A stretch of 61,763 nucleotides of DNA, the filler included, from Sluysia triapertura (lineage: Eukaryota), in the NCBI GenBank assembly GCA_046118255.1. It is 5 parts of 5 records of this genome, joined end to end, with 100 filler letters (N's around TTAATTAATTAA, not from the genome) between each part and the next. Parts side by side here need not be neighbours in the genome. Positions count along the whole stretch, not along the records: positions 36,938 to 49,881 come from JBJNIA010070506.1; positions 49,982 to 61,763 come from JBJNIA010171257.1; 3 more parts are not named here. One strand, written 5' to 3'. Under the pieces are notes generated by a model. It was not told where the DNA came from. It was given only the letters and a program-made list of their open reading frames with translations, and did not search any database. The first letter of the stretch is position 1. Every line of letters begins with the position of its first letter. Position numbers and translations under genes: made by a program. Of this stretch, positions 48,720-61,763 are shown one piece after another.

Positions 48720-49750
48720 ATACAGAATTCGCTAGGAAAGTTAGGCTTGAATATCTCTGGTGAATTAAGATACATATGAGATGGTGAATATTTTGGAACA
48801 TTAGTAAGATCTTTTATCAGGCAAACAATGTAGCTAGAATCAGTAATAGAATTTGCGTGTAAGATATGCCAATTTCGTGCTGATTGTAATTTATCCATCA
48901 GTGATAATTAGCCTCGGTGATTATAGAATTGCCTTTGAGAGAACAATAGAAAAGTCTAAGCTTACCAGAAAGGTAAATAATAATTTAAATACTGTTAAAA
49001 ACATTAATCTATATCTTCAAATTGGGATTTCACTTTTGTAATAAAGAATCTGATGCAGAAAATCGGCAACCAAACATTTAAATATAAAATAAAATTTAAA
49101 ATTACTGTTATTTTTAATTAAATATACACAATGTAAATAAATATTAAACAATAAATAATAATATAAATAAAAATATATAATAAACAACATATTATTATTT
49201 ATAATTGAACATCGATCATATTTAACGCATCAGTTTTGAATATATATTTGTATATATGAATCTTTATATATTTGGTACAATTCACAACTGTTAAATTTTT
49301 TATATTTTCAATTGATGCCTGAGTCATATCGGCTAAAAATTGTTGTTGCTCTTAATGTCAGCTTTTAAACGTAACGAAGAATGTTCGATAGCATTAAATA
49401 ATGTGCTTAGTTCGATAAATTCGTTTTCTTGAGAAACTTCTCCATTGAAGCATGACAAATCAAATTATCGATTACCAAATATAACGTATTTTTGAAAGCT
49501 CTTCTAAGTTCATGATGAATCAAATTCCGATACAACTTTTCGAAATTTTTGGTCTAGTTCTTTTAAAATTATTCTTGTGCTATTTTTAACAACGGAGTGT
49601 TCAGAAAAATTTTGACTATCTCCACCACATTCCACTTTAGTTACTTGTTGATTGATTTATCGATGTGCAAGCGATCTCCATTGAGCAAAATTACAAACCT
49701 AGGATTGGGAATCGGGAATGCCAATTTCTGTGATAAGTCAAAATATACAA
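48720..49750 (-). mobile_element. Highly decayed hAT transposase relic
   Basis: STLFNAIE..LRLKADI (region following RWNS), VADFLH (A.FLDPR equivalent), LAYLTRKF..ILAT (dimerisation-domain equivalent). Confidence 0.4.
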
Positions 49751-49881
49751 AATATACATTGATATTGTATCTCAACATTTTAATGCGTTATGATTTTACG
49801 GAAAATTTTTTTTAATTTGTCTTATATTTTAAATTTTTGTCACAATTTTTGAAAAGAATTTTAGTTAATTAGGTTCACTTT

Positions 49882-49981
49882 NNNNNNNNNNNNNNNNNNN
49901 NNNNNNNNNNNNNNNNNNNNNNNNNTTAATTAATTAANNNNNNNNNNNNNNNNNNNNNNNNNNNNNNNNNNNNNNNNNNNN
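49882..49981. other. Artificial contig linker
   Basis: 44 N + TTAATTAATTAA + 44 N. Confidence 0.97.
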
Positions 49982-50200
49982 ATCTTGAACAATGATTTTA
50001 TTTCTCAAATATTTTAAAGATTTTATACACTTTATAATATTACTCGAAGATCTTAGATACTTATCAAGGTTTCAAGAATACTTAAAGGTTAATAAGATCT
50101 CAGATGATCTCAATGTTCACAAGCTCAAAAGCATTCTAATGCCTTCGAAATGTTCCACAAGGTCTCAATACCTTATGTAGGTTTTTGAAACTCTAAGGTA
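49982..50200 (-). repeat. Unclassified dispersed repeat (copy of 13086-13300)
   Basis: Reverse-complement similarity over ~200 bp. Confidence 0.75.
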
Positions 50201-50354
50201 TTCTTCAGCTGCTAGCCATATTATAAATGTTTTTACTTTCATGATTCCCACTCCGACAATTCTTATAAAGCTCCATCTATCACTTCGCATCAACTCTTTC
50301 TTCATTTTGTAATTCTCTGTCTTTTACTCATCTCCTAATTCACAGTTGAAAAAT

Positions 50355-50700
50355 CTCAACATGAATAATGCAGTGAAGAGAGAAGCATTTCAGAAGCTAC
50401 ACTTGAAAGAAATAACATCAACAGTGCGTGACGCAAAGAAAGGTTATCATCATATCTTAATACCCATTTGTTCCCGAAATATTTCCAAAATGTACGGAAC
50501 ATATTATAAATGATCTTAATGGTGTCTATAAAAAAGGCAATGCCCATTAAAATATTACTTTAAAAGATTAGTGTTTGCGAAGCGGATATCCGATAAACAT
50601 ATGTTTATTGACCGCTTTCTTTAGATAGCCCTGATCGATTATGTTGCTTCATTATCCAAGTGATATGACATGACGAAAAATGGAAGTAGTACATAAATAA
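50355..50700 (-). mobile_element. hAT (Charlie/SPIN-like) transposase relic
   Basis: LDNEAT (DE.TD equivalent), DIRF, and SLHCIIHVE (CxxH motif). Confidence 0.65.
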
Positions 50701-51792
50701 TATTACTTCAGATGGTCTAACATTGTATCGTTTATTAGAGAATACTATTAAACTTTATCAGAAATGTGTACTGTTTGTTAAGTTGAATTTTATATAAGGC
50801 AAATATAATAGTAGTAATATATTATTATTATATATAATTATTATAATTCATTATTAATGCATTACATTTCACGTATACTAATTAATGTTAAAAATAATGG
50901 ATTTATTTTTACAATCTGAATTTTTTTTAGATATAAGAAATCAAAAGTTTAAATTTTTTGCCTAATTTTTAAAAAGTACTTTCATTTTTAATTTATCTAA
51001 AATATTTTTAGTTAAATTGAATGAAATTAAATTTTTAAACTCAATAAATTCGTCTTTATAATTAACAAGTGACATTTTCAAAAACAGGTCCACCACCACA
51101 CCAACAAATTTTAATTAATTAATTGTAAAATAATTAATACAAAACATCCATTTATGTGAAATATATTGATTTTTTAATTGCTTTGTTAAGAATTACTCGT
51201 AGCTGGCGCCTAAACACAAATTTCCGTTTACGATATAACTCGTAATTGGGCAGCGAATGTGTGTTGATATCTATCGATCTCCGATAAATTAAATGTAACT
51301 ATGTGAACTCTAAGATTATGTGAACATTAAGTTTATTTTTACATTATTTTGAATTTTACAATAAAAATGTGTTAAGTAAAGATCAATTTGAAACAAATTA
51401 TCGTATATTTTATGTATTATACTGTCCAATCAAGCACTTAAAGGTAAATAATGATTAATATACAAAATAAGTACATAAAATTGAGTTTGATGAATACATA
51501 TTGGTACTGTTTTTATACATATCAATATGAAGTTCCTTTAATGAGAGCGTAATAATGATTAAAATATTAATTTTTTAAAGTCAAAAATTATTTATTTTAA
51601 ATGTCATTTTAACTAATATTAACTAATAATATTTTGTGACGAATGTGATCCTCAAGCAAAACAAAGATATTAATAATACGAAGCGTAATGTACGTTTGTT
51701 ACAAAAAGGTAACATTTTCATGTTTTTGAAACACTCGAACAGAATTGTCCTTATCTAAAATAATATAAACAAATCAACAATTAACATATAAC

Positions 51793-54700
51793 AAATGTTA
51801 CTAACTCAACTTGAAAATGTGCCGTAGAAGTATTTAAACAGGTTACTGAGAAATTAATTCCCATTCTAGGAATAGATGCTGGTATATCATCTAATAAAAA
51901 ATTGATCTTATTGATATATGTATTAAAATAATCTAGTTTTTCACTGACCACATATTGGAAATTCACTGTGGAACGAAATGCACATTTTCCGTAAAATTCC
52001 GTGAAATTGTTTTGTGTATCGCACTGAAAGTATTTTTAAAATTTATTTGGGGATTTAAAATAAAAATATTTGTGCACTATCATTATTTCACACGTCAAAA
52101 ATCTTTACTTTGATCTACGTTCGATCCGTAATATTTTGTAAATGCTAATTAAGTATTATGTATTCCTGCCTTCATTCTTCACGTTTTTCTGGCTTCTGCT
52201 TTGTCATATGGAGTTTTTGGGAAGCTTTTTCGTGCTTATAAAGATGTTTTGAGATAAATATAAGTGGATATTTAGGTACTATAAAGTATGTGCAATATCA
52301 ATATTTACATATTCAAGATTGATTTAGAATATTTATATTTTTTAAATTGTATAAAATAAATTACAGTTAACGAAATGACCCTAAATAGCCTTATATAATA
52401 TCTGTTTTCTATATTTTAATGATAATAAGCTGATTTGTATTATATATTGATACAATAGGAAATAATTTCTTCCTGTTTAATAAATTAGAAATTTATTAGA
52501 AAATAATAATTTGTTTCAAAAATGTTTATTTTCATCTTCCTTTCTGTCAAATGCTCAATTTCATTGGGCTCATCACTTTCTCCGAACATTAATTCATTTT
52601 TCAAATCATGCTCAATCCATACGTCAAATGTATCATTCGCCCAAATAATATTATCTTATGATCCATCCATGTCGTTAGTCAGGCAACATTACTTGATAAT
52701 AGTTGCTTCTCTAACTGCATCCCACAATTCTTGAATCCATTTGCAAATAATTTCTAAGTCAACCTTTTTTCTGTTTATAGAACCACTAAACATCCACGTA
52801 TTCCATCTTTTTTCATATTTCTTGCTTAAGTGGTCTATTGAAAACTACAATAATTTGAAGTTGTCCTGTTATTTGTTTTGTTTCGTCTAATACTAGCATC
52901 CTCCTTTAATTTCGAAATTCATATTTTCTATTCTTAAACCAAATACTCAACTCCTCCTCCATTCCTCCATTCCTCCATTTTTTGTGCTTTAACAACCATA
53001 CTAGCCGACCAGTGAATGTTTTTTGGGCAAGGCAGGAATCTTCGTACAATCATCATAATCACCCAGTATAACTGTAAACCTTTTTTCATTCCTTGCAGTT
53101 TTAATAGGTACTGCCTTAACTCTTATGGAAAACAATGTTTGAAATGAAAGAATATCAAAAATAAATGGATGCAACTAATTAGATATTCATACCTCTTACT
53201 TAAATTTATTACACATTCTACACCATTTATTATTTATTTTCTGCGATATCTGTCATTCTTATAAAAATATTCATTTTCATGAAAAGCTGGCACCAACACA
53301 CCGAGGCTTTAAATATTGAATTAAGGCACAACTCACTGATTAAACCGAAAACCTTCAAACTAATTTCTACACTATATATTGTGCAACCCGAAAGTTGCTT
53401 TGGGTGAATATAAATTCAAATAAAGAAAAATAATTTCCCACCTCTGCTAGGTGCCTTTATATAATGCTCCAAAGTCTTTCATTGGCTTCATTTAGACCAT
53501 ATTCCATATTGCCAATAAGTTAAGCTGTTTCAATCACTTTCAATTTAAAACCAGTCATGTAATTGCAACATTTTAAAGACATTATGTTATAATAAACAAT
53601 TTAAATTTTACCGAAATTAGAATATTTAAACAAAATATATGGGATTTTGATTAAATTCAAACCTTTTTAATAATTAAACATATGTATTATAATTGCTTTA
53701 CTTATATTATTTTACATTTAGTTAATTTTAAAGATGCATACTACATTTGGACATTTATTGTAATTTATTAATTCCGCGAAAACGATTGTTTAATTTATTT
53801 CAACTTTATGAAATATAATTTAAGGTTACTTTATCACAATATTTACCAATTCGACCTTTTTCGTAACAAAATTCTTCACAAGTTCCATCTTGATGACAAC
53901 TAGCAGATAGATTATTCTGAACACATGGACATATTGAACAGCCACTGTAAGTGTGGCCATGGAAACCTTTTATACAACGGTCACAATGCTTTCCCGTAGT
54001 ATTATGCAAGCATCGAGTGCAAACACTTTCTAGTAATAATAACAATAATAGTAATAGTAATAATAATAATACAATGATAATGATAATAATAATAATAACT
54101 TGTGACATTGTTCTTACGTACAATTTGACATGTAGAATGACCATTACATCCACAAAATGAACATTGAGATTCGTTTAAAGCTAATGAAAACAATGGACGA
54201 CAAACAGGAACTTTTTGATTGGTTAAAAGATCGGGGTATTGAGCAACAGAAACACACTGAATTAATATAAGATATTTTAAAATAGTTGACCTTCAAAAAA
54301 CCAATGCTTTTGCAACTCTTATATAATACCAATTTTCACGTCCCGCAATAAGTAAATACAAAAACGATTCAATAATCAATCTTGAAATTATAAGTGAGAC
54401 CCTTAGAACCTGAGCATCACATTTTAATACCTTTCCAAGTAGTTTCAAACGATTTAAACGGCTGCACACAAAGTTTCCAAATATCTCGATTTGATTCAAC
54501 TAGTACGGTAAGAGTATCATTTTACAGTTGTGAAGATCCTCCTGATTTAGGTTTATATCCTGTAAATAATCGTTTTTCGAACTGTTTTAAACCACTTTTC
54601 AATTGTTCTAAGACTTACAGAATCTGATATGTTTTAAAAATTTTATTAAAATCTTCAGTGGATCACTATACTCCGAAAGGTTACAATATCGAATATGAAA

Positions 54701-55445
54701 ATTATCATAAAATAATAAAAATAATAAAAATAAAATAATAAAAATAATAAAAATAAAATAATAAATTTACATACATGTTTTAATAATTATAATGAATATT
54801 TAAACAATATTTTGTTAAATTTGAGCTATTCAAAGTTTATCTGTAAACTTTTTTCAAATCTAATAGAAGCATATTTTGAGTAGTAAAATTTTACTTCATT
54901 TGACATAAAAATCTATCGTTCCTGAATATATGGAGTACTGGATTTGATTAGTGTGATTTCTTCTGTCTAAACCATCTTAGTGCCAAAAGAAATCCACAAC
55001 TTAAATGACGCAATCAGATCACATAAACATGAATTTAGTGGTTTTATCTAATTGCTTTTGTTTAAAATAAAAATATTTTATGCAGCAAAATTGATTAAAA
55101 ACAATTTTCCCATATAAAGTATTTTAAAATAACTGAAAGTATTAATGCACGACCTTAATTGGATTTAAATCTCATCTCACCTTTCCAAATCCATCTAATT
55201 GATATGGCTGTATTTTAGATCTAGAATCAATTTCACACCAACCACATGAATACAATTGATTACAAGAATAACAATACCGCATTGAAGAACAATCTATGGG
55301 GCACTGATAATCATATAAAATCGGTGTTGGATCTCCACGAATAGTTCCAGTAATTAAGCTTTTACCAGTACCACGACATGTTGCGCTAGCACCATTTAGC
55401 AAAACATTTTGTAGACCATTAACACATTTACCATTCACAGAGCAC
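51793..55445 (-). CDS. ATRN: Attractin-like protein, internal exons (PSI, laminin-EGF repeats, juxtamembrane region)
   Basis: Phase-compatible exons 55445-55181, 54256-54118, 54029-53830 and 52023-51793 give C..C.....CGWC...GFGK|CVS...CGCNGHSTCQIVQSVCTRCLHNTTGKHCDRCIKGFHG...FCYEKGRIGKYCDK|CDTQN...GKC....VNFQY...INF, colinear with attractin/ATRNL1. 5' and 3' exons unresolved. Confidence 0.85.
52560..53575 (-). mobile_element. Decayed pogo transposase (in attractin intron)
   Basis: YMTGFKLKVIETA, ASVCWCQLFMK, PFIFDI, VPIKTARNEK, ICKWIQELWDAV and CCLTNDMDGS*D. Confidence 0.85.
54310..54610 (-). mobile_element. mariner transposase relic (in attractin intron)
   Basis: KWF...KPKSG, RLKLLGKVLKC..V (WVPHEL region), LIAGRENW (IVTGDEKW equivalent). 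Confidence 0.65.
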
Positions 55446-55876
55446 CTAAATTATAAATAGAAAGTAATTAAACCAATAGTAAAAAATAAAATAAATAAGA
55501 CTGGCATGGAGAAAACAAATCTGAGCTTGCCTCACTCAATTAACAAGTCCAGAGTGTAGGGATCAGACTTTAGCACGTGAGAAAAGAAAAACTGATGATT
55601 TTACTAAAATAGAAACGGAAAAACAAATATTATTAAGCACATAGGAATACAAGATAAATGAATACATGAATGTACAAATGAATTATAATATGGTTAATTA
55701 CATTACAGAAGAAAATTAAATAATATAGATGAAATTGGTTATATTAGAATGTAATAGAATTATTTGACAGTAGAAAGAAATTTATCATATGATATAATTA
55801 ACTAAATTAAAGCTGTAGAGTGGTTTGAGAAAGTTAATGACTACAATATAATAATAAAAAAGCATTATATTTGCTA

Positions 55877-56208
55877 TAGGACTAATACGAAAGTCTTATC
55901 CGATAGAAAATAATATTTATTAAAAAGATATTATTTTGTGGTGTATGATGGAGTTTAAACGAAAAGCTGACGTATTTTTTTGTGGAAATGTGGAATGAAT
56001 GCACCAGCCATGAAGAAGATTAACCGGAACCGCCAACGAATAATTGCAAATTTATTATTGTTGGTAATTTCGTTGTTGATGATGAAGAGAGAAGTGGACG
56101 ACCATTTGTTAAATATGATGTTTTGTTAATATTTTTCAATTTACATGTTTCCTTTATTGGTTAAATAAATATTATTTTCTATCGGATAAGACTTTCGTTC
56201 TAATCCTA
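55877..56208 (+). mobile_element. mariner-derived MITE
   Basis: ~43-bp TIRs TAGGACTAATACGAAAGTCTTATCCGATAGAAAATAATATTTA and its near-perfect reverse complement, TA on both sides, internal VDDEERSGRP remnant. Confidence 0.92.
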
Positions 56209-56379
56209 TACATTTTTAACATAAAACTGCAAATAAATAGAATATATACATCTAAATCCACCGAAGTTGGAGTTTAAAAACTGAAAAATATAAGGATCAC
56301 ATTTAGTTCTATTTTTTTCAGTTAGTTTTCTTGATCTGATTCCGCATTCTCTTCTATATTACCGCTCTCTAGGAATATT

Positions 56380-58700
56380 CTGTTGTTGTGGATACCGTAT
56401 ATTTTGCAGCTACCCATAAGTGATTCCAATATGAGACCAATTAGCGCCAACTACCAAGCGATCCCACACATATTGTATCATTAACTACTGTTCAATTTGG
56501 TTTATTAGATCTCATTGACAATATATTGATATTTGGCTTCGTTAAGAAAGTACGAGATAGTGCATCGTTTGGAACTTTGATGTCGACCACTATACATTTT
56601 GTTTTTGATTGTGAGATTAATTGGATATCTACTCTTAACATGCTTAAACTGAATTCGATCAATTAGAACGTCGTAGCCATAAAGGTTTATCAAGTGTTTT
56701 GCTATTATTCGAAGGACAGAATTATATCTGTCAGTAATCAGTTCTGATTATTGAGGCAATGATTTAGAATATGCAATTGCAATTCGGGCCATTCTTTGCA
56801 TATGCGTCAGAGTCTATCGTTGTATTTTTTATTGGGATCGGCGAATGAACACCCACTGACTAATTTTCAAGTTTCCATTGTTGAAAATTGACGTAGATAT
56901 TCTTGAGTTCTATAATGTTATAGCACATTTACCAGCCATTTTTTGAGCTGACCACTTATAAAAGTGATGAGTGCCAATATATTGTCACAATGTTTCACCT
57001 ACTTTATTTTGTATGTTATTTATTTTAGATGTTATTTATTTTGAGTCTATAATATTTATTATTTTATTATTAAACAGTAATTTTAAACATATAGCTAATT
57101 CAAGTTTGACAAAATTTATAACTATTGAAAAGTTTTCATTCAATATACTGTTCCTGACCCTACGTGCTTGACCAGAGTTGAGCCATTCGAGTGGATCTCG
57201 ATTTTCAGAATTATAAGGTAAATTTAAGTTTCGTGATGAAGTATTGATAAGTTCTTGAAACGCAAGTTGAGAAACGCTTTCATCATCACAAACTAACATT
57301 CGGAATGCAAAAGTAATCGTATTAACTGCATAATCATTCCTTGCTGAGACTAAGCCGACTCCACCTATAGATATTGTGGAATACAGGTAATGATTCGTTG
57401 CATAAATAACCTAAGTATATTTGCAACATAATTCATTCACCAATATCATTTTTGAATCCATGACCAGATAACATGTCAATATATTAATGTTTTATAGTCA
57501 TCCAACATTTGCCATGGTTTTAGTACGCTTTTGCAGATTCTATCAAATTCTTGAATAGCCTTCCGAATAGCTCTTTTGGATCATGACCAAAATGTACTCC
57601 CAAGTGTTTGCATGGGTTCGTAGATATTATTGGTATTGGGTTTTCGTAAATAGTTGGTGCTTTTATGCTTTTCTGGTTTAAATTTTAATTGTGTCCAGTC
57701 TGCAATTTCTACATATTTATATATCATTTTCTGTAATACAAAATGGGATTAATAATGCCAAGTCATCTGCATAAGCTAAAGCAGATATTATTCTGTTATT
57801 TGATTTAATTCCTCTTATAACTGGATTTATTCCAATATTGAATAGTAACATAGATAAATGGCACCTTCGGCATCTTTTTCATAATTCAATTATAGATGTC
57901 ACTATTGATCCACATATACAGCTGGAGCTGCCACTCATGTAGAGATTTTCAAAAAGTTCGTTTGAATCTCTGTTAACACCCATATTTCACAGTAGATCAT
58001 GAATACGTTCTATTGGTACAGATGGAAAGGCTTCAGCTATGTCAAGAAAGGCAATATGGATTGTTAAAACAGAATAATACCGTTTATGTTTCTCAATTAG
58101 AGCGTCAAAGTAAATATATTCTCGCAACAGCCTTCAAAATTTCCAGCTGAACTACAATAATCATTATCCATGTCATTAATTGATTTAAGCAACTGGTAAA
58201 AATATTATACATAGTTTATAGCACAGCAATTGATCTCCAAGATGATATAAATTTGTAATGAGATTTATCTGGTTTTGGCATCATTATTGTCTGATATGTT
58301 TTCCAGGAATTTGAGATCTGTTTTATGATCAAGATCTTACTGAATATTTCAAGTCTTTGTATGAAATATTATCAGAATCAGAGACAGAATTTTATGGGTT
58401 TTTCAGTACTTCCAATTCTGAAATTGAATCAGTCCAGTTTTAATTTCCGGAGAATTTGCCCAATTAGTTTCATTTGAAGACACAATTTTGCCTTTAAATG
58501 ATCCGGATATTTTATTATAAATAATTTTCTCAAATACGTATTTCTTATTTAGATTGTATTTTGAGCAAAATGTTTCCGAGTCACAGTAAGAAGATTCGCT
58601 TCGTATTGGTAATTACAATTTCATTGTACACTTCTTCTGGTGTCATATAGTTGATACTTTCTAACAATGATTCTATTATTTATGCTTAGTTTCGGTTGCT
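56380..58700 (-). mobile_element. Decayed R2-group (NeSL-like) non-LTR retrotransposon, RT to REL
   Basis: IAFLDIAEAFPSVP, LSMLLFNIGINP, ALAYADDLAL, KHLGVHF, LYSTISIGGVGL, RYNSVLRII (RHN equivalent), KYQYI and CVGSLGSW. Confidence 0.9.
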
Positions 58701-61489
58701 GTTGTTCTTCTGGAATTTTCTGTTTAAATTGCAGTTTTATTATTATTATTGATTTTGTAACTTCTTTCTAAAGTTACAAGACATCTATGAAGTCATATGG
58801 TAATACAAATGTAGTTTTAATTGTAATTCCACGAATTATTGGAGCCGATTGGGTTATATTTCTATTTGTCATATGGTTGGTGTTTTGAGTTACAATTAGA
58901 AATACATTGTCTAATTGTAAATTTGATTTTAGATTTTCGTGTTTATTTCAAACTGCATTTGTTTAAATATTGTTGAAGATCTTTCTAAAACACTGAAGAT
59001 AATTAATAACCAATGATTGTTTTCATAAAATAGTAATAATATTATCATTGCGATATTTCCCAAACATTTTAAGAGCAATAAATTTATTATTATGTTCAGC
59101 TTAGAATGTATTGGACAGATAAATTGTGTATAATTTATCCTATAAGTTTATTATAAACATTCTTCATTAATACTGACTAACATAATAATTCACATATAAT
59201 TTTGGGACATCTTACTATTCTGAACCAAAACAATTGTTAATAAATGTGTTTTTGGCTCTAATTTAGTTTATGTGATAGTTTATCTTTCTGTGATGACTTG
59301 ACTTTTAATATTCTCAAATTTTACTATCAAATTGTAAGTGCTTATCCTCTTCATCATACACCAACATTAAAATTTATTAGCATATATTGCGCAGAGTACA
59401 AACCCAATATTCTTAAGTTGTTAAATAATTTCAAATTTTTATTATTTTATTTTATTTCGCCCTTTTTATTTGGAAGACAAAAATACATTTAACCTTTTAA
59501 AAAGCAGTAAATCATTCACATAACAATCCATAACCTACTCTAAATTTTTAATCAAACCCTAACTTATGAATAGTAAATTAAATTATTTTCTCATTAATAA
59601 AAATTTTGGTTTTGAATCTCGAGAGTAGAAAATAAAAGTTATGAAATTTTCGAGTTCTTTAAAGTCAATGTTATAGAAAATCTAACGAAATTCTGAGTTC
59701 GATTAAGTGAAATACGAAAATGAAGAATATGAATAATTTATACTTAGTTGCTTGGGAAAAAACTAATTGCATTTAGCTATGGCTAAGAATTTAGCTGCCA
59801 GATATATCGGAGAATCGATCTAACTAGAACTGGTTAGCTGATGTAAGATTTTTGGTATTGATAAAATGTGACATTTTTTGAATTTTTCTAAATTTAATTC
59901 TGCTCGAAATATTGCCATAGCTAATTCGTCCACAGTCGAATGAGTAATGAAGAAGAAATGGAAGCCATGAGAAGCAATAAGAGAAACAAATTCACCGAAA
60001 TCTCTAAATTACTTCTCTAACGCATATTAGAAAGCGGAAATTTCGCAATGCACCGGATAACAAATTATTGTACAGGTCTGCAAAAAATGTTTGTTAAAAT
60101 TATTATTATTGTTACAATCGGATTTTTTCATTCGAGAAAATCTTGCTCTAGCACGAGTAGATGTTCTCAGTTGATGAGTTACACTAATTTTTTCATAAAA
60201 ATTTTGACACCTGTGCTCTTCGAAATAACCACAAAGTCTTGTTGGAAATTAAATATTAGATTTATTATTGATTTGTTGACACGAAATTTTCATTATTTTT
60301 ATAAATTCAACAAAAATACATACTTGACATTAACAAAATTAACTATCCATTTTGTACAAATTTTTCGGTGAATTGAAATTCTTTTAAAATAATTATGAAA
60401 ATAATTATAAAAATAATAATAATAATAATAATAATTATTATTATTATTATTATTATCATGAAGTAACAAATTCATACTAATTAATAACTTATTCCTAGCA
60501 ATAAAAGAATTTCCGAACTTTCTCGAGTGTTAACGATTCGTATATTATCGATGCTATTATATAGGTAATAAAAATGATATTTCTGATGATAAAAATGGAT
60601 TATAATGATACTTGTGATGAATTAATGACATAAAGATGTACATATGATTCTTAGAAAGCTTGTGAATTATTGTGTGATTTATATAAATTAATGGATATTT
60701 AGTGTTTGTAGACGTGGTTGATGGAGGTTAAAGTGCTGGCTCTCTAAAAAGAAAATTGTATTTTAAATAATTATGTGGTTTTATTTTTAGTGTCATTATT
60801 TAAAAAAAATGTATGATGCAGTTGAATTTCGTAGCACGATTTGGTTTCTGGCAAAAACTAAATTGTCTAGCACATGTCGAATTCCCATCAATAATGACTA
60901 TAAGTAATCGGATATATGAATTTCAATCTGGTTGTTTTTGTTTCTGACAACGTGAATCGAATTTCTTTAAAATTAAGTGTATCGCCAGGAAATGTGTGTT
61001 AGTATAAATAGAAGTTATACGTATAATCATTTTGTCTTAAATATAAAATTGGGTTCTCCAAGATTGAAGTCATTCAAACAAGTGAAAGAATGACACAGTA
61101 AATTTCAACTCAATCCAAAAACGAATATATAAACATTGAAGTATATAAACTTTATTATTAAAACATTTCTATTCAAGACAACTAAATTAGAAAATCTCCT
61201 ATTTACATTATACCTAAATTTTACTGTATAACCCAAATTTAATTTAACATTTATTTAAAATTATTAATCTCTTTTGGAAAAATCATTAATCGCATGAACT
61301 TCGTATCTCATCCTAACAATACTCGATCAAAGGCAATATTAATATTACCTGCATACCTTTTTTAAGGAAATTGGTGAACATATTAAAATTCATATATTTT
61401 CTAATTACCAAGCCTAGTACTTGTCTCAAAATAGAATTTAGCATTCAAGTTATTTGATTTATTAAAAATTTCTTAGGTATAGATACTGT

Positions 61490-61763
61490 AACATAATTAA
61501 CATGTATTTTTTAATATAAATAATATGTATGTATTTTTTAATGTATCTTCTAACATAATTAATATGTACTTTAATTTTAACTGTAATATAAAATAAAACA
61601 TGTACTTTAATTTTAATTTGTATGTAACATAAAATAACATAAATTATGTACCTTAATTTTAATTTGTATGTAAATAATTTTTTAACATAAAACATAAATT
61701 ATAACTAGCAGTAATTTTAATGTAAATAATTTTGTAAAATTAATTTGTATGTAAGTAATTTTA
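61490..61763. repeat. AT-rich degenerate tandem repeat
   Basis: Recurring ATGTAC(T/C)TTAATTTTAA and TAATTTGTATGTAA units. Confidence 0.7.

Noticed and set aside
51204-51216. tRNA-Lys primer-binding site TGGCGCCTAAACA
   Set aside because: Mismatched, with no adjacent LTR CA end or gag.
54293-54560. Extra attractin exons
   Set aside because: Stops interrupt the frames, mariner motifs are present, and the flanking exons join in phase without this segment.

Overview
Very AT-rich metazoan genomic DNA with short introns (35 nt in the PARP gene). It is compatible with a compact parasitic animal such as an orthonectid, but the taxon cannot be established from the sequence. The window is five segments joined by artificial 100-bp spacers (44 N + TTAATTAATTAA + 44 N), so adjacency across spacers has no biological meaning. 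Host genes are sparse: an intronless four-TM (MS4A/CD20-like) gene, the 5' end of a PARP3-like WGR gene, an Ig I-set exon (FGFRL1-like), a coiled-coil exon, intronless RPS28 and several attractin-like exons. Most of the rest is decayed transposon sequence: Ty3/gypsy, R2-group/REL and CR1/L2-like non-LTR elements, hAT, pogo, Tc1/mariner and MITEs. Three observations stand out. (1) A decayed ORF resembling a chuvirus-type class III glycoprotein abuts a gypsy PR-RT-RH cassette on its upstream side. (2) Several diverged non-coding repeat families carry TATA-like boxes and hairpins with compensatory changes; one has ~1.85-kb spacing and a long inverted repeat, another a triple bulged-A hairpin array. 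(3) An REL-type retrotransposon fragment splits a tRNA-like element in two. All alignments were made by eye, and relic and repeat boundaries are approximate.
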